Shown piece by piece: positions 25,312 through 34,863 of a stretch of 34,863 bases of DNA; positions within the stretch are counted from its first letter, which is position 1; every line of letters begins with the position of its first letter. This DNA comes from a candidate division FCPU426 bacterium. GTDB taxonomy: Bacteria; Oederibacteriota; JAAXVQ01; JAUVAV01. The DNA lies in NCBI GenBank assembly GCA_016929575.1, contig JAFGIQ010000202.1, forward strand, positions 1 through 34,863, given 5' to 3'. The position numbers and the translations under genes are program-made. The notes beneath the pieces are model-generated. The model had not been told where the DNA came from. It did no database searches and saw only the letters and a list, made by a program, of their open reading frames with translations.

Positions 25312-25466
25312 GATGTTTTTTCCTCCGCCGGATATTGGTCAGGATCGTTTTTTTCCCGCTTGCATTCCACGGCTTTGTGTCCACGGGATTTGATCTTACG
25401 CGGCGAGTAATATTATTATACCGCCGGCACCCCGTGTGTGCCTGCGGAAACTTTGCAGCGACGCAA

Positions 25467-26639
25467 CTACATAGTGCCGCCGCTTGGCTGTTTGGCGGGA
25501 ATGTCATTTTCCATTACCCGCATATAGCCCGCGAGGGTTTCCTGGGCGGTTTTCTCCCAGGTAAACTGCTTGGCCTGCAGATAGCCGGTCAAGGCCAGGC
25601 GGTGCGCTTCGTTGGAATCTATTAAAACGGCCAGAATCTCCTGACTGATGCTGCGCGGATCGTCCGGGTCTGCAAAACGAACGGCGCTGCCGGCCACTTC
25701 CGGGATGGATCCCACCCGCGACGTCACCACCGGGATTCCCAGATGAAACGCCTGCAGAATCGGCAACCCGAATCCCTCCATGCGCGTGGGATACACAAAA
25801 GCGGCCGCCCCCTGAAACAAAGCCGTCAATTCCCGCTCCGGTATATAATCCAATACCCGCACCCGGTTGCGAATCCCCAAACGTTTGATCAGACCCGGCA
25901 CCGAAGAACTTCCGGCCTTTTCAAAGCCGGCCAAAACCAGCATATCGGCCGCCGAACGGGGCAGACGGGCAAAAGCCCTTATCAAATTGCCCGTGTTTTT
26001 CCTCAAATCCACAGCGCCAAAACCAAGCAAATAGGGACGCCTGATCTTAAAGGACGCTATGATTTCCAAAACCTTTGCTTCTGTCAGCGGCGGGGTCACA
26101 TGGGGATTGGCCAGGGAAATCACGCTTACCTTCTCCGGATCCAGATGAAGTTTTTTAACAAGTTCAATTTTTGAATGCTCTGAATCCGTCATCACCCGGC
26201 AGGCCCTCCTGGCGGAAAACCCGACTCCAAAACGATAATAGCAATGTGCCAGGATTTGCTTGGGAGAGATGCCATCCGCGCCCGCCCGCAAAGGACGCAT
26301 AAAAATGGCATCATGAATGGTGACGACATAGGGAATGCGCGGCCTCCACGGCGCGCTGTTGGCAGTACAATGCAAAAGCGTCACCCCGGCCTGTTTGGCC
26401 ATTCTTGGCAAAACCAGCTGTTCCCACGCTGCAGGATTTGCTCCTGTGCCCCATATTTTTTCAACCGTGTCCAAATGCGGCCAGGGGTCTTCCCCCTGCC
26501 GTTTATCCAAGGCGACTTTCAATGAAAGCGGCCTTCCCTTCAGGCCCGCCAGGGCCGGCAACAGGCGAAGCACATACACACCCGTTCCCCGCGGGCGTCC
26601 TTGTGCCGGCCTTCCGTCCAATAAAACCGAATAACTCAT
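25467..26639 (-). CDS. GT4 glycosyltransferase (mannosyltransferase-like)
   Basis: GTGVY, VVTIHD, RKN, FVYPTRMEGFGLPILQAF..G.PVVTS, IPEVAG, FTWEKTA. Confidence 0.92.
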   Translation of the reverse strand: MSYSVLLDGRPAQGRPRGTGVYVLRLLPALAGLKGRPLSLKVALDKRQGEDPWPHLDTVEKIWGTGANPAAWEQLVLPRMAKQAGVTLLHCTANSAPWRPRIPYVVTIHDAIFMRPLRAGADGISPKQILAHCYYRFGVGFSARRACRVMTDSEHSKIELVKKLHLDPEKVSVISLANPHVTPPLTEAKVLEIIASFKIRRPYLLGFGAVDLRKNTGNLIRAFARLPRSAADMLVLAGFEKAGSSSVPGLIKRLGIRNRVRVLDYIPERELTALFQGAAAFVYPTRMEGFGLPILQAFHLGIPVVTSRVGSIPEVAGSAVRFADPDDPRSISQEILAVLIDSNEAHRLALTGYLQAKQFTWEKTAQETLAGYMRVMENDIPAKQPSGGTM

Positions 26640-28129
26640 TTAAAGCCTCCGGCATTCCAATGCCGCCGCCAGAAACGCAACACCCTCAACGGCATCACTA
26701 TCACCTTTAACCAAGTAATCAGCTCGCGCCGTATTTCATGCCCGTTTCGCTTGAGCAGCCGCGGCGGCCACCAAAACATGATATGATATTTCAATGCTTG
26801 CCGGCGACAAAAATTTTCAGCCTTGCGGTGAATTTTTTTGCGTTCCTCCGCCGAGAATTCAGGTGTTTCAAAAACCGGCTCCGGGCTCATGTGGTTGTAG
26901 GAGAGGTAGTCCCGGTTTAAAAAACGGCCGTGCCGTTCGATATATTCCCACAGCCGTGTTTTGGGATACGGCAGGGCCATATAAAAAGCGGGCAGGTCGA
27001 TGTCATTCTCCCTGGCAAAGCGCATGGAAGCCGAAACGGTTTGCAGCGTATCCCCGGGATTGCCTATCATGAACATGCCCAAGACCTGGATGCCCGCCTG
27101 CCGGCAGACGCGGATCGCCTGCATCATATCCGCCGGCGTCTCTTGCTTGCCGATGGCCTCCAATACTCCGGGATCGTTTGATTCTATGCCCAGGGATACA
27201 CGCTGGCACCCCGCCCGGCGCATCTTGGCCGCTATGTCCGGATGCGCCGCATCCGCCCGCATGCCTTGAACCACCCATTGAATCTGCATCCGGCGTTTGA
27301 TGATTTCATCACAGAATTTCGTGATATGGGCGGGATTCATGGTAAGATTGTCATCATTCACGTGAATCAGCTTTGGTCCCCACTGCTTGAGCAGCCAGGC
27401 TATTTCATTGACCACCTGCTCGGGATCCCGTCTGATCCATTGCGCCCCCCATATGGTTTTAATGGCGCAAAACGCGCAATCCATGGGGCAGCCCCGGCTG
27501 GAGAGAAAAGCATGCTGCCGGTAGCGGCGCATGGGAAACAAATGCCAGGCAGGATATGGCAGCTGATCCAGATCCCTGATCCGGTCGGCCGGCGGATTGA
27601 CGCCTACCCGCCCCTCCGCCTTATAGACCAAGCCCGGAACCTGGGAAAAAACATCGGGTTTGCCGCTCCCGGAACGCTTCAACACTTCGAGCAAATCAAT
27701 CATGGCAATTTCACCTTCGCCGCGAAAGGCAAAATCGATCTCCGGACCGCTCACGCACCCTTCCGGATCAATGGAGACATGCGGGCCGCCCAATACCACC
27801 GGAGTGTGAGGATAGCGCCTTTTCAACTCCCGCGCCGCCGCCTGGGCTTCACGGAAAGTAAAACTGTTGGCTGTAATCCCCACGGCCTGATAGGGTTGCG
27901 ACAAAAAATGCCGTATCTCGCGGGTGTTTGATACGCCGGCATCCAATACCGATACGCGTTCACCGTTTCTTTCCAGACAGGCCGCCAAATAACCCAATCC
28001 CAGATGAGGAAACAGCCGGCGGCCGCTTCGTCTTCTTTTAAGGGCCGCGGAAAAACCATCCGGATCAATCAACGCGACATCCCAGGCCAGATGACTATAA
28101 TGATCAAAACTCAATGCCTTCCTCCCCAC
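26636..28129 (-). CDS. Cobalamin-binding radical SAM protein (class B methyltransferase-like)
   Basis: PHLGLGYLAA, VVLGGPHVS, GEGE, LDQLPYP, SRGCPMDCAFC, DDNL, SLGIES, FMIGNPG, PYPKT. Confidence 0.92.
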   Translation of the reverse strand: MGRKALSFDHYSHLAWDVALIDPDGFSAALKRRRSGRRLFPHLGLGYLAACLERNGERVSVLDAGVSNTREIRHFLSQPYQAVGITANSFTFREAQAAARELKRRYPHTPVVLGGPHVSIDPEGCVSGPEIDFAFRGEGEIAMIDLLEVLKRSGSGKPDVFSQVPGLVYKAEGRVGVNPPADRIRDLDQLPYPAWHLFPMRRYRQHAFLSSRGCPMDCAFCAIKTIWGAQWIRRDPEQVVNEIAWLLKQWGPKLIHVNDDNLTMNPAHITKFCDEIIKRRMQIQWVVQGMRADAAHPDIAAKMRRAGCQRVSLGIESNDPGVLEAIGKQETPADMMQAIRVCRQAGIQVLGMFMIGNPGDTLQTVSASMRFARENDIDLPAFYMALPYPKTRLWEYIERHGRFLNRDYLSYNHMSPEPVFETPEFSAEERKKIHRKAENFCRRQALKYHIMFWWPPRLLKRNGHEIRRELITWLKVIVMPLRVLRFWRRHWNAGGFK

Positions 28130-29292
28130 ACTTCATTATAAAGCTGCAGGTGTTTTTGCGCAATCGCCTCCCAGGAAAAAGAATCACTGGCCGTGTGCGC
28201 CGCCTGTGAAAGCCGCTGCCTGAGCTTGGGATTGCAGATCAACCGTTCCACCGCCTCTGCCACTGCCCAGGGATTGCGGGGCAAAACGGCCAGAATGTGT
28301 TCCTGGTTTTTGAAAGGAAAAGACTCGCTTATCCGCGGCAGCGTGGTCACGATCGGCAAACCCTGTTTCACGCAGGCGAAAAATGTCCCCCTTTTCATGG
28401 AAACACCGTCCACATAAGGCAGAACCGCGCAATCCCCGCCGGCCAATATTTCGGCCGCCTGTACCGGCAGGGCATAATCCGGCTGCAGGGTATGCGCTTC
28501 CAGATCCAAAGTACGCAACAGCTGTTGTATTTTTTTATGATACTCTATCTTGGCGGAAAGGCGGGGCAACAGGATCAGTTTCAACTGCGGATACTTTCTG
28601 CGCAAATGGTGGAGCGCATATAAAAGGACCTCCAGCCCCTTGGGGGGATTGGTGAATCCAAAAAACACCACCCCGAAATCCTCCGGCCGCAGGCCCGCCT
28701 GCCGGCGGGACCACTCACGGTCATACTGTTCCGGCACTGCCGGCAGATTAGAAGCAATGGGAATGAAACAACAGCGTTTGGCGGTGCGCGGATGGGAACG
28801 GCGTATTTCGTCCAAATCCAGGGGATCCACCACCACTATTCTTTCCGAGGCCGTAAACGCGGGCCATAACCGCCAGCGGGTCCAGGCATTGAAGTAACGA
28901 TACTCGTGCAAGGTGGTAAGCACTGGAATCCCGGGATTCATTTTTTTCAAAAATCGGGGAAGCCAGTTGACCGATAAGGATCGCCCATAGGCTGCGGTCG
29001 GCCACTGCCAGTGGATGATGTCCGGCTTCACTTCCTCCACGAGTTGCTGCGCCACCCGCAAGCTTTCATGGTTCCAGCGCTCAATGCGGGGATGCACCTC
29101 CATCATGATTTCCCCATCCAGGCGGAAATACGGAGGCACGCGGCGTGAAGTCAATACATGCACCCGCACGGCCACCCTGCTTAAATGCTCGCCGAGCTGC
29201 GCGCTATAGTCTCCTACCCCGCACTGCAGGGGGGGCCAGGTTCCGGAGATAAGTAACAATGTAGGCGGCGTCATCCTTTTTGACATGATCAT
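28111..29292 (-). CDS. GT4 glycosyltransferase
   Basis: WPPLQCGVGDY, TTLHE, FFGF..PKG, VLPYVDG, GLPIVTT, FSWEAIA. Start uncertain (29292, 29286 or 29274). Confidence 0.85.
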   Translation of the reverse strand: MIMSKRMTPPTLLLISGTWPPLQCGVGDYSAQLGEHLSRVAVRVHVLTSRRVPPYFRLDGEIMMEVHPRIERWNHESLRVAQQLVEEVKPDIIHWQWPTAAYGRSLSVNWLPRFLKKMNPGIPVLTTLHEYRYFNAWTRWRLWPAFTASERIVVVDPLDLDEIRRSHPRTAKRCCFIPIASNLPAVPEQYDREWSRRQAGLRPEDFGVVFFGFTNPPKGLEVLLYALHHLRRKYPQLKLILLPRLSAKIEYHKKIQQLLRTLDLEAHTLQPDYALPVQAAEILAGGDCAVLPYVDGVSMKRGTFFACVKQGLPIVTTLPRISESFPFKNQEHILAVLPRNPWAVAEAVERLICNPKLRQRLSQAAHTASDSFSWEAIAQKHLQLYNEVWGGRH

Positions 29293-29454
29293 GCAAATGC
29301 ATCCACATTTATTATAAGAGACCGGGTCATACAGCCAATCATCCGGCTTCGTCACCCCGGAATGCTTGTGTCCGGGGTTTTAAGGGACTTTGCTGGTATA
29401 GGCCTGGTGCAGCTCCACGGGTGTAACCAAGCTGGTAATCGCCGGGAAAATTAC

Positions 29455-30555
29455 TCAATCCATGGCTTCAGTATACACCTTCACCAATCTGGACGCAATC
29501 TTATCCCAGGAATGATTCCCGGCCCACACGCCGGCTGCCTGGCTCAGGGCGGAGAGCTGCTGCGGATCGCGGAGCAGGGTGTTTATTTTTCGCGCCAGCG
29601 CCAGCGAATCTCCGGCCGGAAACAATTCCAGGCACGGGCACTCTGTTTGCACTTCCTTGAAACAGGAAAGGTCCGAAGCCAAAACAGCCTTCCGCTGCGC
29701 CAACAACACCGACAGCGAGTAGGAGGAAGTACTGCTGGTATAAGGCATAATGACCAGGTCCGTCGCTGCCAGCAGATCGGCCAATTCCGGAGTTTCCAGG
29801 TACCCTGTCAAGCGCACTGCGCGGCCAAAAAAGCGGGCCTGTTTGGCTACGATTTCGGCATAGGCAGCATCTGTTTTGGAAAATGGCTTTCCGACAATCA
29901 TCAAAGTGGCTTCCGGCAATACTGTGCGCCAGGCCTGCAAGGCCAACAGATGTCCTTTGGATGGAATAAGAAAACCAAAAATCGCCACCACCGGGCCCTT
30001 GAGACCCCAGCGCGAGCGGGCGCAAAGAGCGTCCCCGGGCGGGAAATGGACCGGCACGCCCTGGGCAACAACCGCCAGTTTTTCAGGAGGAAAACCGCGG
30101 CCCTGCAGAAATTGGGCATGGGCGCGGCTGTGCACGATCAAACGCCGGGCTTGCTTGAACTGACCGGTCTCAAGATATTGGTTCCAGCCCAGCCAACCGT
30201 ACAATGCATCGCGCATTGAGCGCAAGGTCCGCTTCCATATGGGGCCTCCGGAAAAAGCGGTCAGCCAGGTGTGTGAAGTAACCACCAGCGGCACGCGTAT
30301 CTCCCGCAGTATGTCCGGCCAATAATAATTCCAGGGGTCGCGGCCTCCAAAAAATATGTATTCATGCTGAATATGAACCAGATCGCAATCATTGCCCGCC
30401 TGCCCCAGGTGGCGGAAATACGCCGCCTGTTTCTGGCCGCGGTCAATCGGCACGACCTTCACGGTCAGCAAAGGCTCCAGGCTCTTTACCAAAGCCCGGG
30501 CATAATCCGCAATTCCGCATGGCTGCTCCCAGGATGTCAACATGGCTATTTTCAT
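29455..30555 (-). CDS. GT4 glycosyltransferase
   Basis: MKIAMLTSW..CGIADY, HIQHE, FGFLIPSKG, DLVIMPY, VLASD, SWDKIA. Confidence 0.87.
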   Translation of the reverse strand: MKIAMLTSWEQPCGIADYARALVKSLEPLLTVKVVPIDRGQKQAAYFRHLGQAGNDCDLVHIQHEYIFFGGRDPWNYYWPDILREIRVPLVVTSHTWLTAFSGGPIWKRTLRSMRDALYGWLGWNQYLETGQFKQARRLIVHSRAHAQFLQGRGFPPEKLAVVAQGVPVHFPPGDALCARSRWGLKGPVVAIFGFLIPSKGHLLALQAWRTVLPEATLMIVGKPFSKTDAAYAEIVAKQARFFGRAVRLTGYLETPELADLLAATDLVIMPYTSSTSSYSLSVLLAQRKAVLASDLSCFKEVQTECPCLELFPAGDSLALARKINTLLRDPQQLSALSQAAGVWAGNHSWDKIASRLVKVYTEAMD

Positions 30556-30568
30556 CTACCCGGACTCC

Positions 30569-31600
30569 TCAACGGTCTTTTGTCGGTTTTACCATTTCCC
30601 AGGTTTTCAATCCCGCCGACAGACACCAAATGTATGCCAGGCGGTTGAACAGTGCGCCTGCCCACCCGGAGTGATTGGTGATTTTACAACTCATCCAACG
30701 GACTATGTCCTTGTCTGGAACGCGCCGTTCACTTTGCAAAGCCCGCCGTTTGGCCAGCCATATTAAACGGTGCTCCTTCAGCCAGCGCCGGGCGCGGCGG
30801 ACAGGCGTAAAAGCCCTTCCCTGCCGCCAATCGCTCAAGCGTTCCAGCAAGCGGGCCAAAAGCAGGAGCGGCCAAACGCGCAGGCGGACAGAGTTTGAGA
30901 AAAAAAGTAAAAAATTGAGACACCGGTTCCTCTCCAGCAAAAACCTGTTTTCATCCGACAAGGATCCGACCGTGGCTCCGCCGACATGTTCCACCACCAC
31001 TCCCGGCTCCCGCAGCACCGTATATCCGCGCAAACGTGCGCGCCAAGCCAGGTAGATTTCTTCATGGAAAAACTGGTAATCATCGTCAAAGGGCAGGCCG
31101 ACCAGTTCCCTTTTAAACACCAAAGCGCATCCCGCCGCGCCGAACGTCAGGCGCAGGTCCCGGAATACGTTGTGAATGACCGTTCCGGTCAAACTCATGC
31201 TGCCGTTGCCCGGATAACGCGCCATGTCCATGTTCAGATTGTACACCGCCGGGCCCGCCACGGCGGCCAGGGGGGTTGCCTCCAAATTTTCCACCAAACG
31301 GCGGATAAAGTCAGGCGGCAAGCGGACGTCATTGGAAAGCAGGGCCACGTAATCGCCCGAGGTATGCCTGACGCCCTCGTTGTTGGCTCCGGCAAACCCC
31401 AGATTATGCGGCAACACCAGGACCGGCACGCGCGGAAAATGTTTTGTGACTTCGCCGGCGATGTTTTCCTGGGAACCGTTATCCACCACCAGGATTTCCA
31501 AGTCCGGCCAATCCTGCGCCAGCACCGTCGAAAGACAACTGGACAGCAGGTGCCAGCCGTTATACGTCAGCACAACCGCCGAAACGCGCGGTGGATTCAT
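30569..31600 (-). CDS. GT2 glycosyltransferase
   Basis: VSAVVLTYN, VVDNGS, NLGFAGANN.G, LLSND, FDDDY.FFHEE, HVGGAT. Confidence 0.92.
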   Translation of the reverse strand: MNPPRVSAVVLTYNGWHLLSSCLSTVLAQDWPDLEILVVDNGSQENIAGEVTKHFPRVPVLVLPHNLGFAGANNEGVRHTSGDYVALLSNDVRLPPDFIRRLVENLEATPLAAVAGPAVYNLNMDMARYPGNGSMSLTGTVIHNVFRDLRLTFGAAGCALVFKRELVGLPFDDDYQFFHEEIYLAWRARLRGYTVLREPGVVVEHVGGATVGSLSDENRFLLERNRCLNFLLFFSNSVRLRVWPLLLLARLLERLSDWRQGRAFTPVRRARRWLKEHRLIWLAKRRALQSERRVPDKDIVRWMSCKITNHSGWAGALFNRLAYIWCLSAGLKTWEMVKPTKDR

Positions 31601-33075
31601 GTAACCTTTTTTCCTCCAAAGGTGGTCGGACGCAGAATGCGGCTGAAAAGTTCTATGTCCACTTCATCAAAAACCCGCAAGATCCATAAGGCTGCAAGAT
31701 AACAGACGCCGCCCAGAATGATCTGATACCCTAAATCCCAGGCGAAAATCCACCGTAATACTGCGACCATCAACCCCGCAGCCACGGCCGGCCGCCAAAA
31801 ATGCCGGGCCATTCTCAGTTTCATCCCCAAAGGCTTGCGCAAGGCCCACATGAACAAGGTGATATTGAGAAATTCCGAAGCCAAGGTCACCCAGGCAGCG
31901 CCAACCATGCCGTAGTGCGGGATAAAAACCGCATTCAGGCAGATATTCATCAACATGCTGATAAAGACCAGTATGGTAACCACGCGCTGTTTTCCCATGA
32001 CAATCAAATAGGGGGCATTCACGCTGTTTGCCGCAATGAGGACCAAAGTCCAGATGAGGACGGATAAAACCGGAACCCCGGCTGAATACTGCGTGCCGTA
32101 CAAAACCTCCATGAACCGATGCGCTAAAACCGCGGTACCGGCAGCCAAAGGCAAAGAGAGAAGCCACATGTACTTAAGTGAACGCCGGTAGATTAATAAA
32201 AACCGCTGGGGATTGCGTTCATAGCTTGAGGAAATCACGGGAAAAATTGCCCCGCCGTAATAGGCCGGAAAAATAAGGGTAAATTCGAGCAACCGGTAGG
32301 CCGCGCTGTATAGCCCCACCTCCTCTTGGCCCTTGAGGGAAGCCAGCATGACGGTATCCACCCGGAAATAAATAATGGAAAACAAATTTGCCAGGGCCAG
32401 GGGATATGCCTGTTTCAGCAGCCGCACCCAAAATCCCAGGTCCAATTGCCAGGAGGGTTTGATGAAATAGAACAACAGTCCGAATAAAACCCCCATGTGA
32501 ACAGCGGTGTACAGCGTATGGATCCAGATAAGCGCAAACACATCCCCGCCGGCAGCCAGAGCGCCGAGAGAAGTGGTCACACGAAAAGTATTGGCCACCA
32601 CCGAGACGGCTGAAGTAATCTCCATGCGCTGATGGGCATTGAACACGGCCGTGGCTGTGTCGATGTTGCTGTTGAAAACAAAAGAGATCGCTAAAATCGC
32701 AGTTAAAGCAATGATCGCCGGCGGATGCCCTAAAACAGCAACGGTGGCAATCATGCCTCCTCCTGCCAGCAGTGAGAGCAGGCAGCGTAAGAGCACGACA
32801 TTGGACAAATAGCGGTTTTCCTGTTCAGGCTGTTGGGATAAATCACGTGTGGTCAGGGTTCCCAGACCAAAGTCCGTGAGGATATAGAATATGGCGTGCA
32901 TGGACAGGACAAAGGCGTATTGTCCAAAGCCTTCCGTACCCAACTGCCGGGCAGCATATATAATCAACGCCACGCCCAGCAATTTATTCATCAAACCGGC
33001 CACGAACTGCACCAATGAGTTTTTGGCAATGATGGCCGTGGGATTCAGTCTGGTTTTTTCCCCTGCCGGTGGCAT
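31597..33075 (-). CDS. Wzx-type polysaccharide flippase (MOP superfamily)
   Basis: IAKNS, ARQLG..GFG.Y, DFGL, IYFRVDTVML, VGLYSAAYRL, LN..FIPHYGMVGAAW; many TM segments. Confidence 0.92.
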   Translation of the reverse strand: MPPAGEKTRLNPTAIIAKNSLVQFVAGLMNKLLGVALIIYAARQLGTEGFGQYAFVLSMHAIFYILTDFGLGTLTTRDLSQQPEQENRYLSNVVLLRCLLSLLAGGGMIATVAVLGHPPAIIALTAILAISFVFNSNIDTATAVFNAHQRMEITSAVSVVANTFRVTTSLGALAAGGDVFALIWIHTLYTAVHMGVLFGLLFYFIKPSWQLDLGFWVRLLKQAYPLALANLFSIIYFRVDTVMLASLKGQEEVGLYSAAYRLLEFTLIFPAYYGGAIFPVISSSYERNPQRFLLIYRRSLKYMWLLSLPLAAGTAVLAHRFMEVLYGTQYSAGVPVLSVLIWTLVLIAANSVNAPYLIVMGKQRVVTILVFISMLMNICLNAVFIPHYGMVGAAWVTLASEFLNITLFMWALRKPLGMKLRMARHFWRPAVAAGLMVAVLRWIFAWDLGYQIILGGVCYLAALWILRVFDEVDIELFSRILRPTTFGGKKVT

Positions 33076-33237
33076 GTCAACTCCCCTCTATCGGTCCAGC
33101 TTCATGCCAACGACTATAACAGATAATAACACGCGACACAACATCCTTCCCTGCGATCCTGCTGCGGGCGGCGGTAACCGGTGCGCGCACGAATAATGCT
33201 GTGAATAAAAAGGCGGGGAGGCGAAGAAGTTCAAACA

Positions 33238-33289
33238 GTCATTGCAGGGACCCCTGAACTAGGCCTGGTTCAGGGCGTTGTCGCAATCT
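33238..33289. repeat. REP-like palindrome GTCATTGC...CCCTGAACTAGGCCTGGTTCAGGG...GCAATCT
   Basis: 24-bp palindrome 33252-33275 (one G-T) nested in ATTGC/GCAAT, just downstream of the TPR gene. Confidence 0.55.
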
Positions 33290-33313
33290 TGATGCGGCGG
33301 ATTTGCGGACTGC

Positions 33314-34863
33314 CTACAATTTTGATTTTTCCTTGCAGTACTCCAGATTGTTTTGCAGCATGCTGTTTCCAGGCACGGCTTTCAAGGCTTTTTCATACAC
33401 GCCTATGGCTTTTTTCCATTCCTGCCGGGAAATGTACGTCTGCGCCCATTGATTCCAGGATACTGCCAGATTGCCGAGCAAATGCGCATCCGCCGGATAT
33501 TGCTGCAAGGCGCGGTTGTACAAAGCCACCGCCTCTTCCCATTGCCCCCTGCTGCCCGCTTCCTGAGCCAGGCGGTCGTATAACACATAAGCGAGTTTCT
33601 TTGCCGCCTGTTCGTCCTTTAATATCCCCTTCCCTTTCAGGATGACTTTTCTGCCCTCGTTTTCGCAGGTTTTCGGGTCCCGGCTGTTTAAGCTGCTCAG
33701 TACATATTGAAAATGGCCGAGCGCCATTTCCTGCACCCCGGCCAGAGAGTAAAAACGGCGCAGCAAATTGGACAGGACCCCCGCTGATTTCGTCAGGCCG
33801 CCGGCAGCAAAGGCATCTTTAAGATACTCCTGCATGGTAAAAAGCTGGTTGTTGGTAAAATGATTAGGGTCCAATGGTTGCTGCGCGGCCTGTTCACAGA
33901 CCGTCAAGGCCTGCTCCCAGTCTTTGCGGGCAACGCAGTCATTATTCCAGGCATCCCAGACGGCTATGGCATTGTTGAGGACGTGCTTGTCTTCCGGATA
34001 ATGCTTCAGCGCGGTCTTATAGACGGCAATGGCATCCTGCCACTTTTTACCGGCCAGGTACACCCCGGCCATTTCATCATAGCGGTTTTTATCCAGTTTT
34101 TGAACCGTCTGTTGATCCGACAGGATTTTTTGCGAGCGGGCCATGATCGCCGCCGCTTTTTGTTCATGGCGCGGATCATGTTTTATTTCCTGCAACCGTC
34201 TTTGGAAATATCCGCCGGCCGCCTGTTGGACATGGCTGTTGTCCGGATACTTCGCCAGCATGCGCTCCAGCAAAGCCTCGGCTTTTTCACTGCCCTGCTG
34301 GCGACAAATCACCTCCGCGTATTCCTGCACCACATAGCCGGTTTTTTCCAGAAAATGCTGCTCTTCCAGCTTTTGGCCGGAGGCTTTTTCACACACTTTC
34401 AGCGCTTCCTCCCAACGGCCCCGGCGCACGAACATGCTAATCCAGCCATCCCAGGCAACCGCCGTATTATGGCGGAGATGTTCGTCCTGGGGATATAATG
34501 CCAGCGCTTTTTGATATACCCCGACCGCTTGTTCCCATTGCTGCCGCTGCTTGTATTTTTCAGCCAGCGAATCATAGACATAGCGGATGAGATCCCGGAC
34601 TTCGCCTTTTTTCTCCAACAGCGGGCCGAACGCCTCAATAACAGCCAGCGCCTGCTGTTCATACGCTTTGGATGCAGCCAGGCTTTCTAAAACCCGCCCG
34701 ACAAAACCAACCACCACTTGTTTGACTTCAGGGACTGCAGGATATTTTTTGAGCATTTTGGCCAAAATGTTTTTGGCCGGCTGCAAGCCGCCCTTTTTCC
34801 AGGCGTCTTCAGCCCATTCCTGAATCACATAGCCCAGGTTGTATTGGTATCTTTTTTCCGCCG
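33314..34863 (-). CDS. Large TPR-repeat protein, 5' end outside window
   Basis: Frame stays open to the window edge; W..A..VY.KAL..YP TPR units; 165-aa periodic super-repeat. Confidence 0.85.
   Translation of the reverse strand, partial: AEKRYQYNLGYVIQEWAEDAWKKGGLQPAKNILAKMLKKYPAVPEVKQVVVGFVGRVLESLAASKAYEQQALAVIEAFGPLLEKKGEVRDLIRYVYDSLAEKYKQRQQWEQAVGVYQKALALYPQDEHLRHNTAVAWDGWISMFVRRGRWEEALKVCEKASGQKLEEQHFLEKTGYVVQEYAEVICRQQGSEKAEALLERMLAKYPDNSHVQQAAGGYFQRRLQEIKHDPRHEQKAAAIMARSQKILSDQQTVQKLDKNRYDEMAGVYLAGKKWQDAIAVYKTALKHYPEDKHVLNNAIAVWDAWNNDCVARKDWEQALTVCEQAAQQPLDPNHFTNNQLFTMQEYLKDAFAAGGLTKSAGVLSNLLRRFYSLAGVQEMALGHFQYVLSSLNSRDPKTCENEGRKVILKGKGILKDEQAAKKLAYVLYDRLAQEAGSRGQWEEAVALYNRALQQYPADAHLLGNLAVSWNQWAQTYISRQEWKKAIGVYEKALKAVPGNSMLQNNLEYCKEKSKL

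Noticed and set aside
1-34863. CRISPR array, tRNA/rRNA, prophage, defence island
   Set aside because: No regularly spaced direct repeats, tRNA T-loop motifs in intergenic DNA, or integrase, nuclease or phage genes seen by eye.

Overview
Bacterial chromosomal segment with no integrase, transposase, rRNA, tRNA or CRISPR array. It is probably from an anaerobic diderm, given the four-subunit pyruvate:ferredoxin oxidoreductase, radical SAM enzymes and TonB system. Gene order: two paralogous PAS-GGDEF-EAL genes flanking an RsuA-family pseudouridine synthase and a largely disordered single-pass membrane protein; miaA; a six-gene TtpC-type TonB cluster headed by a DtxR/MntR regulator; a PilZ protein and an orphan CheB lacking its catalytic Ser; a PflX-like radical SAM; a single-domain response regulator; porC-D-A-B; recR-dnaX without ybaB; two tandem stand-alone cNMP-binding proteins; a glycan locus (flippase, GT2, three GT4, B12-dependent radical SAM); and a truncated TPR protein built from 165-aa super-repeats. 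The most interesting signals are non-coding. The 13.4-13.9 kb intergenic region has a DtxR-like box, two convergent near-consensus sigma70 promoters, a 143-nt hairpin with a 31-bp stem and a 46-codon sORF. A structured dispersed repeat occurs twice in inverted orientation (8841-8963 and 16031-16239), the copies differing by an 86-bp indel bounded by 6-bp direct repeats. All calls come from motif reading by eye; no searches were run.
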